Shown: positions 29,906-32,000 of the stretch, one piece after another
How the letters are laid out: each line of letters begins with the position of its first letter
Numbering within the stretch: position 1 is the stretch's first letter
Source: Idiomarina loihiensis L2TR
GTDB lineage: Bacteria > Pseudomonadota > Gammaproteobacteria > Enterobacterales > Alteromonadaceae
Direction: 5' to 3'
Length of the DNA: 32,000 nucleotides
NCBI RefSeq assembly: GCF_000008465.1
Contig: NC_006512.1
Location: 1,140,001 to 1,172,000 of the forward strand
Made by a program: the position numbers and the translations under genes
The notes under the pieces: model-generated
What the model was told of the DNA's origin: nothing
The model's input: the letters and a program-made list of their open reading frames with translations, nothing else
Database searches by the model: none

Positions 29906-29907
29906 AC

Positions 29908-30927
29908 CTATTTTTCCGGCTTTAACCCAAAGTGCTGATAAGCTCTGGGAGTCGCTATACGTCCACGCGGCGTGCGTTGCAAAAAGCCCTGCTGAATCAA
30001 ATAAGGTTCCAGAACATCCTCAATGGTATCTTTTTCTTCGCCTATCGCTGCCGCAAGGTTATCTAACCCCACAGGCCCACCCATAAACTTTTCCATAATG
30101 GCTAATAACAGCTTCCGGTCCATATAATCAAAGCCAGCCTGATCAACGTCCACCATGGTCAAAGCGGCATTGGCTGTCACTTCATCAACGTCGCCATTAC
30201 CTCTGACTTCGGCATAATCGCGTACCCGACGCAATAAGCGGTTGGCTATACGCGGCGTACCTCTTGAGCGGCGCGCTATTTCACGGGCACCACCGTCGAG
30301 CATACGGACATTCATGAAGTGAGCCGAACGCCCAACAATATCGGTTAATTCATTAACATCATAAAACTCAAGGCGCTGCACAATACCAAAGCGGTCGCGT
30401 AGCGGTGACGTCAGCGCGCCAGCACGAGTGGTAGCACCAATGAGGGTAAAGGGTGGTAAATCTAATTTAATCGAACGGGCTGCAGGACCTTCGCCTATCA
30501 TAATGTCGAGCTGGTAATCTTCCATAGCCGGATACAGAATTTCTTCGACAACCGGGCTCAAACGGTGAATTTCATCAATAAATAAGACGTCGTGTGCTTC
30601 GAGGTTGGTCAACAACGCCGCTAAGTCACCGGCTTTTTCCAGAACCGGACCCGAAGTTGTTTTAATACTCACATCCAGCTCATTCGCCACAATGTTCGCC
30701 AGCGTCGTTTTACCCAACCCCGGAGGACCAAAAATTAAGAGATGATCCAGGGCTTCCTGACGCTTGCGCGCGGCCTCAATGAAAATTCCCATCTGTTCAA
30801 CGACATGCTTCTGCCCCGTATAATCCGCCAGAGTTTTAGGCCGTATGGCACGATCAACAGCCTCATCTTCACCCTGTACCTCGGGTTCAATGAGCCGCTG
30901 AGTTGGTATTTGATCGGCTTCTATCAT
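29908..30927 (-). CDS. ruvB: Holliday junction branch migration DNA helicase RuvB
   Basis: 339 aa. Walker [12 protein letters not shown], Walker [10 protein letters not shown], sensor regions and [15 protein letters not shown]. Collinear with RuvB. Confidence 0.97.
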
Positions 30928-30936
30928 GGGGCTTCC

Positions 30937-31554
30937 TTACGACAGCTGCTTTAGCGCCAGTCGAATCAAGGTCTCACTGTTATGTTCTGCAGAGTACACT
31001 TTTTGCAGGGCTTTTTCAGCTTGATTTTCTTTATAGCCAAGTGACTGCAAGGCGCTAATAGCATCGGTTCTTGCATCGGCCGGATGTTCTCTTGCATCCA
31101 TACCCTGGCTATCCAGCGGTGCACGGTCGGTAAATGGCGTAGACGGCTGCCAGTCTTTGAGTCGGTCACGCATTTCAATAACCAGACGTTCGGCGGTCTT
31201 TTTGCCTACACCTGGCAATTTCACCAAACGAGTAACATCGTTTTGGTTCACAGCCATGACAAACTCATCTGCTGACATGCCGGATAAAATGGCCAAAGCC
31301 AGTTTCGGGCCAACTCCCTGAGTTTTCAGTAGTAACCGGAACAGCGAACGTTCTGAAGCAGAAATAAAACCATACAATAGCTGTGCATCTTCGCGCACCA
31401 CAAAATGTGTGATTAATTTTATGGTTTCGCCCACCGGCGGCAATTGATAGAAGCAGGTCATTGGCAACTGAATTTCATAACCAATGCCCTGTACATCTAA
31501 TACCACTTCCGGTGGTTGCTTGCTGGTAAGTACGCCCTGAATATGACCTATCAC
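30937..31554 (-). CDS. ruvA: Holliday junction DNA-binding protein RuvA
   Basis: 205 aa. Contains MIGHIQGVL...GIGYEIQLPM, helix-hairpin-helix repeats (GVGPKLALAILSG, LPGVGKKTAERLV) and C-terminal domain III. Confidence 0.95.
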   Translation of the reverse strand: MIGHIQGVLTSKQPPEVVLDVQGIGYEIQLPMTCFYQLPPVGETIKLITHFVVREDAQLLYGFISASERSLFRLLLKTQGVGPKLALAILSGMSADEFVMAVNQNDVTRLVKLPGVGKKTAERLVIEMRDRLKDWQPSTPFTDRAPLDSQGMDAREHPADARTDAISALQSLGYKENQAEKALQKVYSAEHNSETLIRLALKQLS

Positions 31555-31566
31555 TTTTATACTCCG

Positions 31567-32000
31567 TTAACGCAAACGCCCTCGCACAGTTTTACGCGCG
31601 GCGCCTGCCATTTTAATCAGGTTTTGTGAACTGTGAGCATGACATAAGGCAACGGCAAGTGCATCTGCGGCATCTTCCTGAGGGCAACGCTGCAGATTCA
31701 GTAAGGCCATAACCATATGCTGAACCTGAGACTTTTCTGCACCACCATTACCCACTACAGACTGTTTGATTTGTCGGGCTGAATATTCCGCTACCGGAAG
31801 CTCTGCACAAGCAGCAGCCACAATAGCCGCCCCACGCGCCTGCCCAAGCTTTAAGGCAGAATCCGGGTTCTTTGCCATGAACACTTGCTCTATTGCGAAT
31901 TCGTTCGGCTTAAACTGAGTAATGAGTTCACTGACGCTGTCATGAATGCGACGCAGCTTTTCCGCCAGGGTTAAAGGCTCTTTAGTGGTACCAATAACCT
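31567..32000 (-). CDS. ruvC: Crossover junction endodeoxyribonuclease RuvC; 5' end outside window
   Basis: The frame stays open to the window edge: ...[55 protein letters not shown]...[14 protein letters not shown]. This matches E. coli RuvC from about residue 40 onward. Confidence 0.93.
   Translation of the reverse strand, partial: VIGTTKEPLTLAEKLRRIHDSVSELITQFKPNEFAIEQVFMAKNPDSALKLGQARGAAIVAAACAELPVAEYSARQIKQSVVGNGGAEKSQVQHMVMALLNLQRCPQEDAADALAVALCHAHSSQNLIKMAGAARKTVRGRLR

Overview
Core chromosomal segment of a gammaproteobacterium. The taxon is inference only: ruvCAB-ybgC-tolQRAB-pal-cpoB order is as I recall for Pseudomonas-type genomes, and cpoB-tRNA-Lys-nadA adjacency is as in E. coli. 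Left third, + strand: the 3' part of an Fe(III)-type ABC importer (fused permease plus ATPase), a ZntB-like CorA-family transporter, a PrpE-like acyl-CoA synthetase, a CaCA antiporter, and an iron-storage module bfd-bfr-bfr. Middle, mostly - strand: tRNA-Ser(GGA), a methyl-accepting chemotaxis protein, a three-gene operon with overlapping ORF ends (exported M28/FN3 peptidase, amidoligase-family ligase, C26 gamma-glutamyl-hydrolase-type amidotransferase), a 637-aa protein with PilZ motifs, a YeeZ-like SDR (+), and gltBD. An apparently intact IS4-family element (1440 bp, 18-bp imperfect IRs, 10-bp target duplication) lies between gltB and nadA. Deleting it in silico restores a perfect terminator hairpin just after the nadA stop. 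Right third, - strand: nadA, two identical tRNA-Lys(UUU), cpoB-pal-tolB-tolA-tolR-tolQ-ybgC, a 395-bp AT-rich spacer carrying a + strand promoter/terminator pair (candidate sRNA), and ruvB-ruvA-ruvC (ruvC 5' end outside the window). I saw no CRISPR array, prophage, toxin-antitoxin or recognisable defence module. The best candidates for undescribed biology are the peptidase-amidoligase-hydrolase operon, the candidate sRNA in the ruvB/ybgC spacer, the large PilZ-motif protein, and the RNA hairpin covering the bfd start codon. All of these are hypotheses from reading the sequence, with no searches run.
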